Below are positions 9,495-19,195 of a stretch of DNA of 64,000 nucleotides, piece by piece (the stretch's first letter is position 1; each line of letters begins with the position of its first letter). The DNA is taken from positions 103,972-167,971 of IMG/VR virus record IMGVR_UViG_3300031521_000012; one strand, given 5' to 3'. The position numbers and the translations under genes are program-made. The notes under the pieces are model-generated. The model searched no databases, was not told where the DNA came from, and was given only the letters and a program-made list of their open reading frames with translations. This DNA comes from a virus.

Positions 9495-10115
9495 CTATTT
9501 AATGTTATTTCCAATTCCAAACATAATCATACCACTAACACAACAACAATAAGAGTCAGCCATATCAAAGTTCATATCTTTAGGACTTCCATCTTTTTTA
9601 TAAAACCATTCAATTTGTGGCTCTAAGCTACGGACTTTTTCCCATATATACAACTTTTTTTCTTTTCTATATTCAACTGGAAATGAAAGGGTTTCAACTT
9701 TTTCACGATTTTTATCATATGAAACAGTAATTAGTTCACGTAAAAATAGTCTACGTGAATCGTAAACCGAAATAAGTTTTGGATATAGATCAAATATCTG
9801 ATATAAAATATAACATACAATTCCATTAAATCCATACAATAAAGAAACGGTATTTGCATTATTGCTCCCACCCAAAGGTTTTTCGACAATTATATGAATA
9901 ATTTCACCATTAAGTTCGTTTAAAACACGTTCTTTAAATTCCAGCACATATTTTCTAAAAATTTCAGCTTTATGTATTATTCTATCATTAATGAGAACAT
10001 CTTTACCTAGTTTTAATTCTAAGTGTTTTAACTCAATCAATTTTCCATCTGTACTCATTAAAGTACTACCGATATTAGTGGTGCTTACATCTAGTGACCA
10101 TATATACTTTTCCAT
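9495..10115 (-). CDS. RuvC-like Holliday junction resolvase
   Basis: SLDVSTTNIG, IIVEKP, DMADSY acidic motifs; start at MEKYIW avoids overlap with the upstream gene. Confidence 0.75.
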   Translation of the reverse strand: MEKYIWSLDVSTTNIGSTLMSTDGKLIELKHLELKLGKDVLINDRIIHKAEIFRKYVLEFKERVLNELNGEIIHIIVEKPLGGSNNANTVSLLYGFNGIVCYILYQIFDLYPKLISVYDSRRLFLRELITVSYDKNREKVETLSFPVEYRKEKKLYIWEKVRSLEPQIEWFYKKDGSPKDMNFDMADSYCCCVSGMIMFGIGNNIK

Positions 10116-10116
10116 A

Positions 10117-10308
10117 TTATGCTCTTTCTTTATGTTCATCAATCATTTTTTGCATGTTTTTATAGTTATCTAAATAAAGTCCAATTAGGTCTTCAATAAC
10201 ACCACCGATTTTCATGCTTTTTCCCTTGCACAATAGTTTAAATCTATTATGCAGGCTACCATCGATTATGACAGATTTAGGTTTTACTTCTGTTAGTAAA
10301 TTTTTCAT
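10117..10308 (-). CDS. ribbon-helix-helix-like DNA-binding protein
   Basis: KSVIIDGSLHNRFKLLCKGKSMKIGGVIEDLI pattern. Confidence 0.6.
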   Translation of the reverse strand: MKNLLTEVKPKSVIIDGSLHNRFKLLCKGKSMKIGGVIEDLIGLYLDNYKNMQKMIDEHKERA

Positions 10309-10333
10309 ACGTATTTTATTATGTTAATCTATA

Positions 10334-10341
10334 ATAAATAC
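10334..10341 (-). promoter_or_regulatory. GTATTTAT motif
   Basis: Upstream of 10308 start. Confidence 0.6.
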
Positions 10342-10381
10342 TAAGAATTATAAAAAAGTATATTTTTTTATAATTATTGGG

Positions 10382-11113
10382 TTAGAAATCGAGTGCAAAT
10401 ACTATTGTTCTTGAGATTGTTGAATCTTTTTCAATTGGATTGTTGAGTTTTCCAATAGCAACAAGATTTTTATTCGAATCATAAATGCCTATTTCAGTTA
10501 TTGCCACCTTATCTTCATTCCATGTTTCATTGGTAGATGAATTAAATTCATTCAATGGTAATATGATTGAAATATCTGTGGTATATGCAATAGCTTTTAT
10601 ATCGGTTATGACATTACCCAAGAAAAATACTTCGTCACCAAAGCATAAATCACCATCAGCTGAAGTCTCTTTTGAAGGATATGTAATAATATCACTAATA
10701 TTATATGTTGGAAACGTTAAGTAATTCAACAATGGTATTTTAAACACTTGTTGTGTCAATTCTAATGGTGTTAAAGTACTACCACTAACATTTGTAATTA
10801 TTTGTGGCGTTAAATCATATACTCTCCAATTAGAAGCAATTGGTTTAGCTTCGGCTGCTGTAGTAAAACCACTATTGTTTACTATTTGAACTAATGCTTT
10901 GATTTTATTAGCTGTATATCCTGTACCACCACTAAGACTATTACTTAGGAACTTAAAATCACTTATATTAGGGAAACTTAATGATATTTCCTGTATATAT
11001 GGATTGTTTGCATCCAAAAATAAGGATTTAATATAATTACAGTGTATAGATTTGCTATAACCATTATTGGGTACTAAAATATATGAAGTAAAAACTGTAT
11101 AACCGTTTGCCAT
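10382..11113 (-). CDS. virion structural protein (tail collar/fibre-attachment-like C-terminus)
   Basis: C-terminal ITEIGIYDSNKNLVAIGKLNNPIEK motif; structural-gene context. Confidence 0.65.
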   Translation of the reverse strand: MANGYTVFTSYILVPNNGYSKSIHCNYIKSLFLDANNPYIQEISLSFPNISDFKFLSNSLSGGTGYTANKIKALVQIVNNSGFTTAAEAKPIASNWRVYDLTPQIITNVSGSTLTPLELTQQVFKIPLLNYLTFPTYNISDIITYPSKETSADGDLCFGDEVFFLGNVITDIKAIAYTTDISIILPLNEFNSSTNETWNEDKVAITEIGIYDSNKNLVAIGKLNNPIEKDSTISRTIVFALDF

Positions 11114-11126
11114 TATTATTTTTATT

Positions 11127-11134
11127 ATAAATAC
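11127..11134 (-). promoter_or_regulatory. GTATTTAT motif
   Basis: 13 bp upstream of 11113 start. Confidence 0.65.
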
Positions 11135-11153
11135 TTAATTAATTATTAGATTA

Positions 11154-13115
11154 TTATACGCAGTTGTGCGTTAATCCTGAACAATCTAAATTATATTGAT
11201 TATCACATGTAATGCTTGTTGTGCCAAAATCAACAGCTGCTGAGGCAAGTGTTATTGTTACAAAACCATTTTTACCATTACGTCCAAAATCACAGTCAAC
11301 TATGCCTTGTACCCTTATCAAGCCAACGTTAGTTATTCCAGAAATTGTTGTACTACCAGTTACTGTTTGAGAATCTGCTTGTGCTGTAGGATAGTTACCG
11401 CCTGAAACGCTTGCATTTGCAGTATTAATACTTGTCCAAGTACTTCCACCATCTGTTGATAATATAAAGTCAGAAGTTGCACTATTATAGTCTTGACCAT
11501 CACTACCTGCATTATCACAACCAGCAGTTATTGTATAATCCAATGTTAATGAAAATGTTTGTCCTACAGGATGATTTACAGCTAAAATAGCTTGATTACT
11601 AGCTATTGAGCCGAAGTATACTTGTGAACCATATACTGGTATTGGTGTAGAAGTCGGTGTTGGCGTTGGGGTGGCTGTTGGCGCACCTGTTGCAGTAGGC
11701 GTTGGAGTTGGAGTAACTGTAACTGGAATTGGTGTTGCAGTTGGTGTCGCTGTCGGTGGAGCTGGTGTTGGTGTAGGGGTTGGTGTTATTGTTGGTAATG
11801 GTGTAGGAGTTGCAGTTGGTAATGGTGGACATGGTGTTAATCCACCAAATCCAGCTATTAAATAATCAGGCATCGTCCACGATCTATTTGATTTATAAGA
11901 CATAGCAAACAATAACTCCTGATCTTCAATCACAAATATTTTTAAACCAGTAAATACTTTACCTACAATATTGCCACTTAAATCAGCTAGATCATAATAG
12001 GTAATATTTAATGATTTGGTTGCACCCGATAGAATTTTGCTACTACCTGTTGCGACAAGTGTAACACCTAAAGTATTTCCACTTGATTTGTGCCACATTA
12101 TTGTTGGAATCTGTAAAATTTCAGTGTTTAAATAAAATTCTTCGCCATATGTATTTGCAGGAGAATTATTACTATAATGAATCACACCTAGCTTTTTATT
12201 AACAGGTGCTTGATTTTGTATATATGAAACAAAACCGCCATAGACTCTACTATTGAATTGTGCAAATTTTCTATCAGCAGCTTGAATTCCAGCTATTTCA
12301 TCTGTATATATAATGGACATGTTCCAAAATGGAAATGCACTTATTGAGCATTGACTGTTTTCTAAAAATGTTAATACACTTTGATTAATATAATCGGTTG
12401 AGTATTGATTGGCTACTGTAATACCGCTATAATATACAAGTGCACCAGCTTTTCCTGTAGGAGTAAAGCTAGTTAAATTAGGCAGTTCTCTATCAACTAT
12501 AACAACTAAATTATTACTTCCTAATGTACCTGTTTTACTTATGATTTGATACATTAAATATGGTGTAGGCGTATTTTTATTAATAGTATAACCAGTTGTG
12601 TCTGAATTCAAAGTCCATTTCACTAACAATAAATCACCAGCAGTTGGTTCATTTGCACTTGTACCATATAACGGTGCTTTTTTCAATGATAATTTCGTAC
12701 CGCCAGTAATTCCACTCATGTATATCATACAATCTGGTTGTTTTACATGATTGCTATCTGTTATGAAAGTAGTTCCGCTATTATTAAAAAATCCAATGGA
12801 TTGAGCACTATTCACAATATCATATGATACTGGTGAAATTGTTGATATTTGATTATAAGGATCGCCACTAATATTTCTAGGTATAAATGAAATAATCTTA
12901 GGATTTTTATCCCTAGGTCTTAAAATACTTAAATTAAACGGGTTGTAATCAACAGCAAGCTCGCTATTAATTTCTCTTATGAAATTATAGTCTATTTCGC
13001 TATCACCAACAGCAAAGTAACTAAATGATAAATCACCTGTTGATAATAATTCTCTACCTTTTGAAGTTAACATTATGTTTAACACAATGGGGTCTGTTTT
13101 CTCAATAAATGCCAT
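11154..13115 (-). CDS. virion structural protein with Pro/Thr stalk and Cys-containing C-terminal domain
   Basis: N-terminal LTSKGRELL..FAVGDSEIDY collar/baseplate-like motif; PT-rich linker of about 65 aa. Confidence 0.7.
   Translation of the reverse strand: MAFIEKTDPIVLNIMLTSKGRELLSTGDLSFSYFAVGDSEIDYNFIREINSELAVDYNPFNLSILRPRDKNPKIISFIPRNISGDPYNQISTISPVSYDIVNSAQSIGFFNNSGTTFITDSNHVKQPDCMIYMSGITGGTKLSLKKAPLYGTSANEPTAGDLLLVKWTLNSDTTGYTINKNTPTPYLMYQIISKTGTLGSNNLVVIVDRELPNLTSFTPTGKAGALVYYSGITVANQYSTDYINQSVLTFLENSQCSISAFPFWNMSIIYTDEIAGIQAADRKFAQFNSRVYGGFVSYIQNQAPVNKKLGVIHYSNNSPANTYGEEFYLNTEILQIPTIMWHKSSGNTLGVTLVATGSSKILSGATKSLNITYYDLADLSGNIVGKVFTGLKIFVIEDQELLFAMSYKSNRSWTMPDYLIAGFGGLTPCPPLPTATPTPLPTITPTPTPTPAPPTATPTATPIPVTVTPTPTPTATGAPTATPTPTPTSTPIPVYGSQVYFGSIASNQAILAVNHPVGQTFSLTLDYTITAGCDNAGSDGQDYNSATSDFILSTDGGSTWTSINTANASVSGGNYPTAQADSQTVTGSTTISGITNVGLIRVQGIVDCDFGRNGKNGFVTITLASAAVDFGTTSITCDNQYNLDCSGLTHNCV
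11637..11835 (-). repeat. low-complexity (PT)n mucin-like coding repeat
   Basis: PTATPTPLPTITPTPTPTPAPPTATPTATPIPVTVTPTPTPTATGAPTATPTPTPTSTPIP. Confidence 0.95.
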
Positions 13116-13132
13116 TTTTTAACAATTTAATT

Positions 13133-13140
13133 ATAAATAC
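13133..13140 (-). promoter_or_regulatory. GTATTTAT motif
   Basis: Upstream of 13115 start. Confidence 0.65.
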
Positions 13141-13171
13141 TATTATATAGAGTTTCAATTGATAATTGTGC

Positions 13172-16100
13172 TTAACAACTAACTGATTGAATAATCGTGC
13201 CTGTATTATCAACCTGTACTGCAAACCAATTAACACCACTATCAATACCAGTACCAATTGTGATTGCAATCCAATTATTTGGAGTAACGCTTAAATCAGG
13301 ATTTCCCATACTGTCACGTAAAACTCTACCAACCATCGGTGGACCGAATTCAGGTTCTAACATATAATAACTACGACCAAATGTTTTGTTTAAACAAGCT
13401 AATGTTGAGGTTGTATAACTACTAACAGTTCCCATCCACAAAAATAATGTTGGGGTAGGCGTAATTGATGTAAGTGGTGTGGTTATAGCTGATTTTACAC
13501 TACCATATCCAATTCCAACACTATTTTTAGCAAATGCTCTATAAAACGTTTCTGTGTTTGGTGCAAGACCTGATAACACATCAGAATAGGGAATACTTGT
13601 ATCACCAGAAATAAATTGCTTAGATATTAGTGTTGGGTAATTTTCGACTATTAAAGATACTGATGGATTTTGTGAATATAATACACCGTATTCCATAATA
13701 ATTAAATTACCTTTATTTGTTATCGTATTACCGCTTGTTGATATTTGCGTTGGAGTTATAGCATATACTTGTCCTGTAATTACAGTAGGGATAAACGTTG
13801 GAACTGATTGTGTTGTAGTCTGAAGAATATTACCTGTATATGAAATACCTGATATCGATATATATGCTCGATATTGATATGTTGTATTTGCAGATAAACT
13901 TATAATATTATAGTTATAACTATTGCCAGTAATTACTGTTGATAATAAAACTGTTGTAGCCCAAGTACTATCACTAGGCTTTTTATATTGCATACCATAG
14001 TAATCAATATTTCCATTAATAATAATATTTATGCCACCAGTATTAATGTTGTTAACACCAGCAGTTCCTATTTTAGTTTCAATATGTGTTGTAGCTGCTG
14101 AAACAGGAGTTAATATTTGTAAGGTATTTCCAGTATAACCATATTTACCTGATCTAATATATGCACGATAATTATATAACGTAAAGTCAGTGACTCCTGT
14201 AATGGTAGTTACGTAATTATCAACAGATAATGCACCTAATTTATTAACACGTTTCCATGCGCCCCATACACCATTATATAATTTACTATACTCAATACCA
14301 TATTCAGTTAATAAAGTATTTCCCTGTATGTTCTTGCCACCAGTTATTATACTACCAGTAATGCCACTTATTGTTTCAACAAATAATGTTGGTGGTATTG
14401 GTGGCGATGGTTTGACAGTATCTTGATTAATTTTAAAAACAGCGCCATCATCCCCTAAATATTTCAACATGGGATTACCTCTCATATCAATCGTAGTTGA
14501 ATTACCTGAATATACGTTGACACCCCTTCGATACATGAACTTTTGTTTAGTAAAGAAACTGTTTTCGATTAATAATCCACTTTTTCTTAAAATAATTGTA
14601 GCTGGCAGTAATTGATCAACAAATCTTTGAAAAAAAGCATTATACTTGCTTAAGAAAGAATATAAATTAGCAAAGGTATAGCCATTTGATTTTAATGGAT
14701 CGTCATTTGGTAATGTGCTTCGTTTCAGATATTCAACATATATTTTTAATAATGCAGGATACCAACCGCCTTTAAAATCGGATATTGTTTTTCTGTTTTT
14801 AACATTTACCATTCTTTTCTGTACTAATTCAACAAATTCTAAAAATGATAACTGACTAATATCGCCAACGCCAAAAACATCGTTGATTATCGGTTGGAAA
14901 AATGAACTATGCGCTATTAGATAATAAACGGTTATTACTGTTCCATATCTAATTCCACTAGGTAAAAATATTTCATATGGGTTTTGCACATTAATACTAT
15001 AATCTAAATTAGGCTCTAATGCAATTCCATCTATCAATACTTTAACATCAGAAGCAGCATTTGCTTTATAGTTTAACTTATATACATATTTATTAGCAAA
15101 ATTATTGAAATATATCTTGCTACTGTTGAAGCTATCAACTCTAATAACTTCACTTCTAGCTGAAATATCATCACTACCTGCTACTTCAACATATGCCACC
15201 TGAATATCTGGATTTATTTTTAAATAAGAAATAACCTCCTGATTTTGAATAATTATTTGGCTAGAACCTGTTGTATTATTTGGATCAACAATATAATCAG
15301 CAACAAATTGTGGAGTGCCTTTAGTTAATGCAATACCATTTACAGTAAGCTGTACATCACCACGTGGATATGTTGGCAATGGAATTGCAGTACCACTTGT
15401 ATTAGCCTTTATTCTTGTTACAATATAATCAACAGTTATGCCACTGACAGATCGTGTGTTTCCTGAATATATGTACGTTACTTGAATAACGTCTCTTCCT
15501 GATGAATTATTTTTAGCATAAACCGCATTCGCTAAGGTAAATGAATTTCCGTTAATAACATAATCAGCTTGTGCTGTTATACCTGTGGTTGTACCTGTTT
15601 TGGGCGCATTTAATAAAATACCATTGAAACGAACTTCAAAATCTCCCATTAGTTTATTAGCTGTTGTAGGAAGTGTAAAAGTATTTTGTGATGCACCAAC
15701 ACCTAACGATATATTTACATATGAATAAGGTAATGTATATCCGCTAGAATTAGCTGCAAAGTCTTTTTGTATATAGTCATATACGTCATGCTCAATTCCA
15801 CGTGAAGTGTCTAATGCAACATCAACTTCTTTTGTATTGATAACCAACCTACTATCTTCTTGATAATATTGAGGTGTTGAGCTATGAATTCTTGTTGTTG
15901 CTCCGCTTTGCGACCAAGACTTTTTATTATCAACAGTTCTGTTTAAATCAAAACCAGCTAGCCTAAATGCATTCATATATGCTTGACCGCTATCTGTATC
16001 ACCAGACACTTGAAAATAAAAATCGCTTGTTTCTATTGGTGCTATTGGATAGCCTTGTGTATCATACGGTAATGAACTAGATGGAAAATCACTTAACGAT

Positions 16101-17566
16101 AGTTGGACATTATTAGGATTAATTTTTCCATCAACGGTATATACATATTCAGTTATATTAATAAACGGTTCTGGTATTCCAATTAATAAGAATATTGACT
16201 TAATTGATTCTCTAGTGCCTTTAGATTTCCAATAATAATTAGTATTCATTAGAATTCTTCTCCACAATTCAATATCAATTTCCGCAGGCATTAAGTCATT
16301 ATTTAAATTTCTTTCATTGCTATCAACAGTTAAAAAACTATTAACCAGTTCATCTTCATTAAGTAACGAGAAGTAATCCCAACCAAACGTTCTTGACATA
16401 TTTTGAATTAGTTGATCTGGTACGTTGTTTATTTTATCATATGTTACTTTATTGATATATGTTAATGAGTCAATGAATTCTCTAAGTTGGTCAAATTCTC
16501 TACCATAAATTCTCAATAATTTCGTCATTTTGCCTTGTTCGGTAAAATCGTATGCCTTGATTGATGATGGTGTTAAGAATCTAGCAATTAAATCGGTTTT
16601 GATTTTATCATATTTAGCACCAATGGTTAATAAAATTTGTAAAAATTTTTCATAATTTGGTGTATTGAAATCAATATTATATTTATCACTTGTTGACCAT
16701 GATAATGTAGTATCGCTATATACTATAGTTCCATCATCCAGTAATGTAGGGTCTTTAAGTGTAAACTGAAAACTATCAGAATTAACTCTATTTGATATTA
16801 TATACTTTTCATATTCACTTAGCGATGATCTAAATTCTTCGAAAACATGCGCATTAGGTTTAATATGAAAATCAATAGAAGCCGTTGTTGCACTTACAAT
16901 GCCTAAAGGATTGCCATTCGCCTTAATCATTAAATAAGGTCGTCCCGATGTATTTCCAGTATATCCAATTACATTCGATGCATTATTTGATGCATTTTGC
17001 GCTGTCCATATTACATATTTATCGTATGATTGATTTATGTTTTTCAATACCTCACCATCAGGAACACTACTATTCCCATAATTATATACCAATCCAAATG
17101 TATTGATAACAATACCAATTGGTATTTTAAATGATGAAGTATCTGATATTAAGTCATATGTATAATCAAAATATGTTGTTGCACCACTTCTGGATAATTG
17201 TGAATTCATGAAAAGACTTCCAGTATAACCAGTAATAATATTTTGAATAGAAACTCTTAAGTATTCATATGCAGACCCAAATCTAATAAATGTGTTTAAA
17301 TCGGATTTATCTAAATTCAACACTGCGTTTGTGGTGTAAGAATGTATAATTTCTGATTGGGCATTAGTAACACCTAGTGTATCCAGTGTTACAGCTCTCA
17401 CAAATGAACTTAATGTATTACTATAATCAATATACTTCCTACCATCAAAATTTGATGTAACAGCGAAGCTTCCAAACGAAAAAATGGTTTCAGATGCAGT
17501 GTTATTGAAATTATTTCCGTTTAAATTTTGATCAAGATTATTATTTACGACTTTAACTTTTGCCAC
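13172..17566 (-). CDS. large baseplate/tail protein (gp7/tail-protein-I-like core plus FN3/Ig-like C-terminal repeats)
   Basis: YWKSKGTRESIKSIFLLIG motif; repeated EYG..Y...YxYRAY FN3-like units; GTG start. Confidence 0.7.
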   Translation of the reverse strand: MAKVKVVNNNLDQNLNGNNFNNTASETIFSFGSFAVTSNFDGRKYIDYSNTLSSFVRAVTLDTLGVTNAQSEIIHSYTTNAVLNLDKSDLNTFIRFGSAYEYLRVSIQNIITGYTGSLFMNSQLSRSGATTYFDYTYDLISDTSSFKIPIGIVINTFGLVYNYGNSSVPDGEVLKNINQSYDKYVIWTAQNASNNASNVIGYTGNTSGRPYLMIKANGNPLGIVSATTASIDFHIKPNAHVFEEFRSSLSEYEKYIISNRVNSDSFQFTLKDPTLLDDGTIVYSDTTLSWSTSDKYNIDFNTPNYEKFLQILLTIGAKYDKIKTDLIARFLTPSSIKAYDFTEQGKMTKLLRIYGREFDQLREFIDSLTYINKVTYDKINNVPDQLIQNMSRTFGWDYFSLLNEDELVNSFLTVDSNERNLNNDLMPAEIDIELWRRILMNTNYYWKSKGTRESIKSIFLLIGIPEPFINITEYVYTVDGKINPNNVQLSLSDFPSSSLPYDTQGYPIAPIETSDFYFQVSGDTDSGQAYMNAFRLAGFDLNRTVDNKKSWSQSGATTRIHSSTPQYYQEDSRLVINTKEVDVALDTSRGIEHDVYDYIQKDFAANSSGYTLPYSYVNISLGVGASQNTFTLPTTANKLMGDFEVRFNGILLNAPKTGTTTGITAQADYVINGNSFTLANAVYAKNNSSGRDVIQVTYIYSGNTRSVSGITVDYIVTRIKANTSGTAIPLPTYPRGDVQLTVNGIALTKGTPQFVADYIVDPNNTTGSSQIIIQNQEVISYLKINPDIQVAYVEVAGSDDISARSEVIRVDSFNSSKIYFNNFANKYVYKLNYKANAASDVKVLIDGIALEPNLDYSINVQNPYEIFLPSGIRYGTVITVYYLIAHSSFFQPIINDVFGVGDISQLSFLEFVELVQKRMVNVKNRKTISDFKGGWYPALLKIYVEYLKRSTLPNDDPLKSNGYTFANLYSFLSKYNAFFQRFVDQLLPATIILRKSGLLIENSFFTKQKFMYRRGVNVYSGNSTTIDMRGNPMLKYLGDDGAVFKINQDTVKPSPPIPPTLFVETISGITGSIITGGKNIQGNTLLTEYGIEYSKLYNGVWGAWKRVNKLGALSVDNYVTTITGVTDFTLYNYRAYIRSGKYGYTGNTLQILTPVSAATTHIETKIGTAGVNNINTGGINIIINGNIDYYGMQYKKPSDSTWATTVLLSTVITGNSYNYNIISLSANTTYQYRAYISISGISYTGNILQTTTQSVPTFIPTVITGQVYAITPTQISTSGNTITNKGNLIIMEYGVLYSQNPSVSLIVENYPTLISKQFISGDTSIPYSDVLSGLAPNTETFYRAFAKNSVGIGYGSVKSAITTPLTSITPTPTLFLWMGTVSSYTTSTLACLNKTFGRSYYMLEPEFGPPMVGRVLRDSMGNPDLSVTPNNWIAITIGTGIDSGVNWFAVQVDNTGTIIQSVSC

Positions 17567-17583
17567 AAGCTTTAAATTTTATT

Positions 17584-17591
17584 ATAAATAC
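17584..17591 (-). promoter_or_regulatory. GTATTTAT motif
   Basis: Upstream of 17566 start, immediately after a terminator. Confidence 0.65.
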
Positions 17592-17594
17592 GCT

Positions 17595-17628
17595 AAAAAG
17601 AAAAATCCTGATCATTTAGATCAGGATT
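17595..17628 (-). terminator. rho-independent terminator
   Basis: aatcctgatc/gatcaggatt stem followed by a T-run on the minus strand. Confidence 0.8.
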
Positions 17629-17640
17629 CTTACGTATTGT

Positions 17641-18540
17641 TTAAATTCCCAATGTAACATCATTAAAATTCTGAGAGGTATCAATTGTCGTTCTTTTCTC
17701 TTTAACCTCAAAAAGTGGAGCATTACCAACAGTGTCCTTAATCGTATAAAGATCAAACTGTTTAGTAATATTTCTATTTTTGTCATAGTAAGTCAATATT
17801 CCATTATCAACATCCTTTATTTGTTCACCCAATAAATCCGCAATACTATTAATTGTGTTTTCGACCAATTCTACTTCTAAAACGATTGGCGAAAAATAGG
17901 TGTTGGATAACAATATTATTTGACCTGCATTTCCAATGAACGGAGTTGCAGAAGGTTTTACGTCAGACGATGAGCTTGGAGTTAATTGTAGGAATAATAA
18001 ACTGCCTGAATCATCAAATCTATATCTTTGTGTTTTTTGACTTGTATCACCAACATTATCCTTCGATACTGCCACTTTATTTGACGTTACAACGTATCTT
18101 ACTACATTCCTTAGCTTAGTACCATCAGTATTAAGATATTCGATCCTATACCCCTGTAATGCGTTATTTACCCTCAATGCTTCAGGTAGTGAGTTCATAT
18201 CGATTGTAATTCCCTTTACTGTTGGTAATGCAGATAAGACAGAACAATCATGAATGATAGTTGTCACTAGTTTAGGTTTAATATAAATGGTATATATTCC
18301 CAACTGATTAAATATTGTAGCAGGTAATCTTAGGTCATATAAGCCTTCTAAAAGATTTTCAGTACCAACTGCATTAGGGTCAGTAATTGGCAAATAGCAA
18401 TAATCCAACAATTCAGATGGATTTAGTGGTATTATATCGTTATTATTCGTATACCTATCTGGAATGTAATTATAATACATTTCAATATCATTAATATTTA
18501 CATCGCTAGGTCTTGTTATTCCAATTTGTCCTACTGCCAT
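17641..18540 (-). CDS. probable virion structural protein
   Basis: ORF track; baseplate operon context. Confidence 0.6.
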   Translation of the reverse strand: MAVGQIGITRPSDVNINDIEMYYNYIPDRYTNNNDIIPLNPSELLDYCYLPITDPNAVGTENLLEGLYDLRLPATIFNQLGIYTIYIKPKLVTTIIHDCSVLSALPTVKGITIDMNSLPEALRVNNALQGYRIEYLNTDGTKLRNVVRYVVTSNKVAVSKDNVGDTSQKTQRYRFDDSGSLLFLQLTPSSSSDVKPSATPFIGNAGQIILLSNTYFSPIVLEVELVENTINSIADLLGEQIKDVDNGILTYYDKNRNITKQFDLYTIKDTVGNAPLFEVKEKRTTIDTSQNFNDVTLGI

Positions 18541-18544
18541 TTTC

Positions 18545-19195
18545 TTAAGTGTTATTTACTATATTAAAGAAATTTCCACCAGCATATGTATTTAAATCAC
18601 TCAAGTCCTTGATATATTCAAGCCTGTAATTTTTATCGAATGCTGATTGTTCTTGTCTTAATATAAATACATCATCGTTAATTTTCGGGTTACTAATTAT
18701 GTTTTCTTTATTCGGACTCTTATAATATGGTACATTAATGAAGTTTAGATCAGTAATGCCTTGAGGTGTGAATATATTAAGAGTTGTTCCCGAAGAACTG
18801 CCAGATATTATATCAACATATTGAATACCTCCTAAGTAATATATAATTTCACTTAATGGATTTGAATTTAATAAATCAACACCATCACTATTTATCGTCC
18901 CACCTGTTACATATTGCTTAGTAAAATCTGACGTTATTGTATATTTACGCAATTCAACCAATCTACTTATTGAAGTACCTGTTACTGTACTTGCAGTAGT
19001 TGGAATAATCGTAGTATTTCCAGTATACGAAGTATCTGCATCAAAAAAGCCAATATCATTGACAACCGATTTAAAACCAATCTTCATATGGTATACAGCA
19101 GTTAAATCGGGAACTATAATATATTTATTTCCTTGTGTTGTTGCTGTTATGCCAGTTGTTAATAATTGTAATATTGTTTTTTTAATCAATTCCAT
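18545..19195 (-). CDS. probable virion structural protein, Thr/Gly-rich
   Basis: ORF track; translationally coupled to the baseplate gene. Confidence 0.6.
   Translation of the reverse strand: MELIKKTILQLLTTGITATTQGNKYIIVPDLTAVYHMKIGFKSVVNDIGFFDADTSYTGNTTIIPTTASTVTGTSISRLVELRKYTITSDFTKQYVTGGTINSDGVDLLNSNPLSEIIYYLGGIQYVDIISGSSSGTTLNIFTPQGITDLNFINVPYYKSPNKENIISNPKINDDVFILRQEQSAFDKNYRLEYIKDLSDLNTYAGGNFFNIVNNT

Noticed and set aside
18663-18670. ATAAATAC inside CDS 18545..19195, and the copy overlapping ATG at 26428-26435
   Set aside because: Spacing to a start codon is atypical, and chance matches are likely in AT-rich DNA
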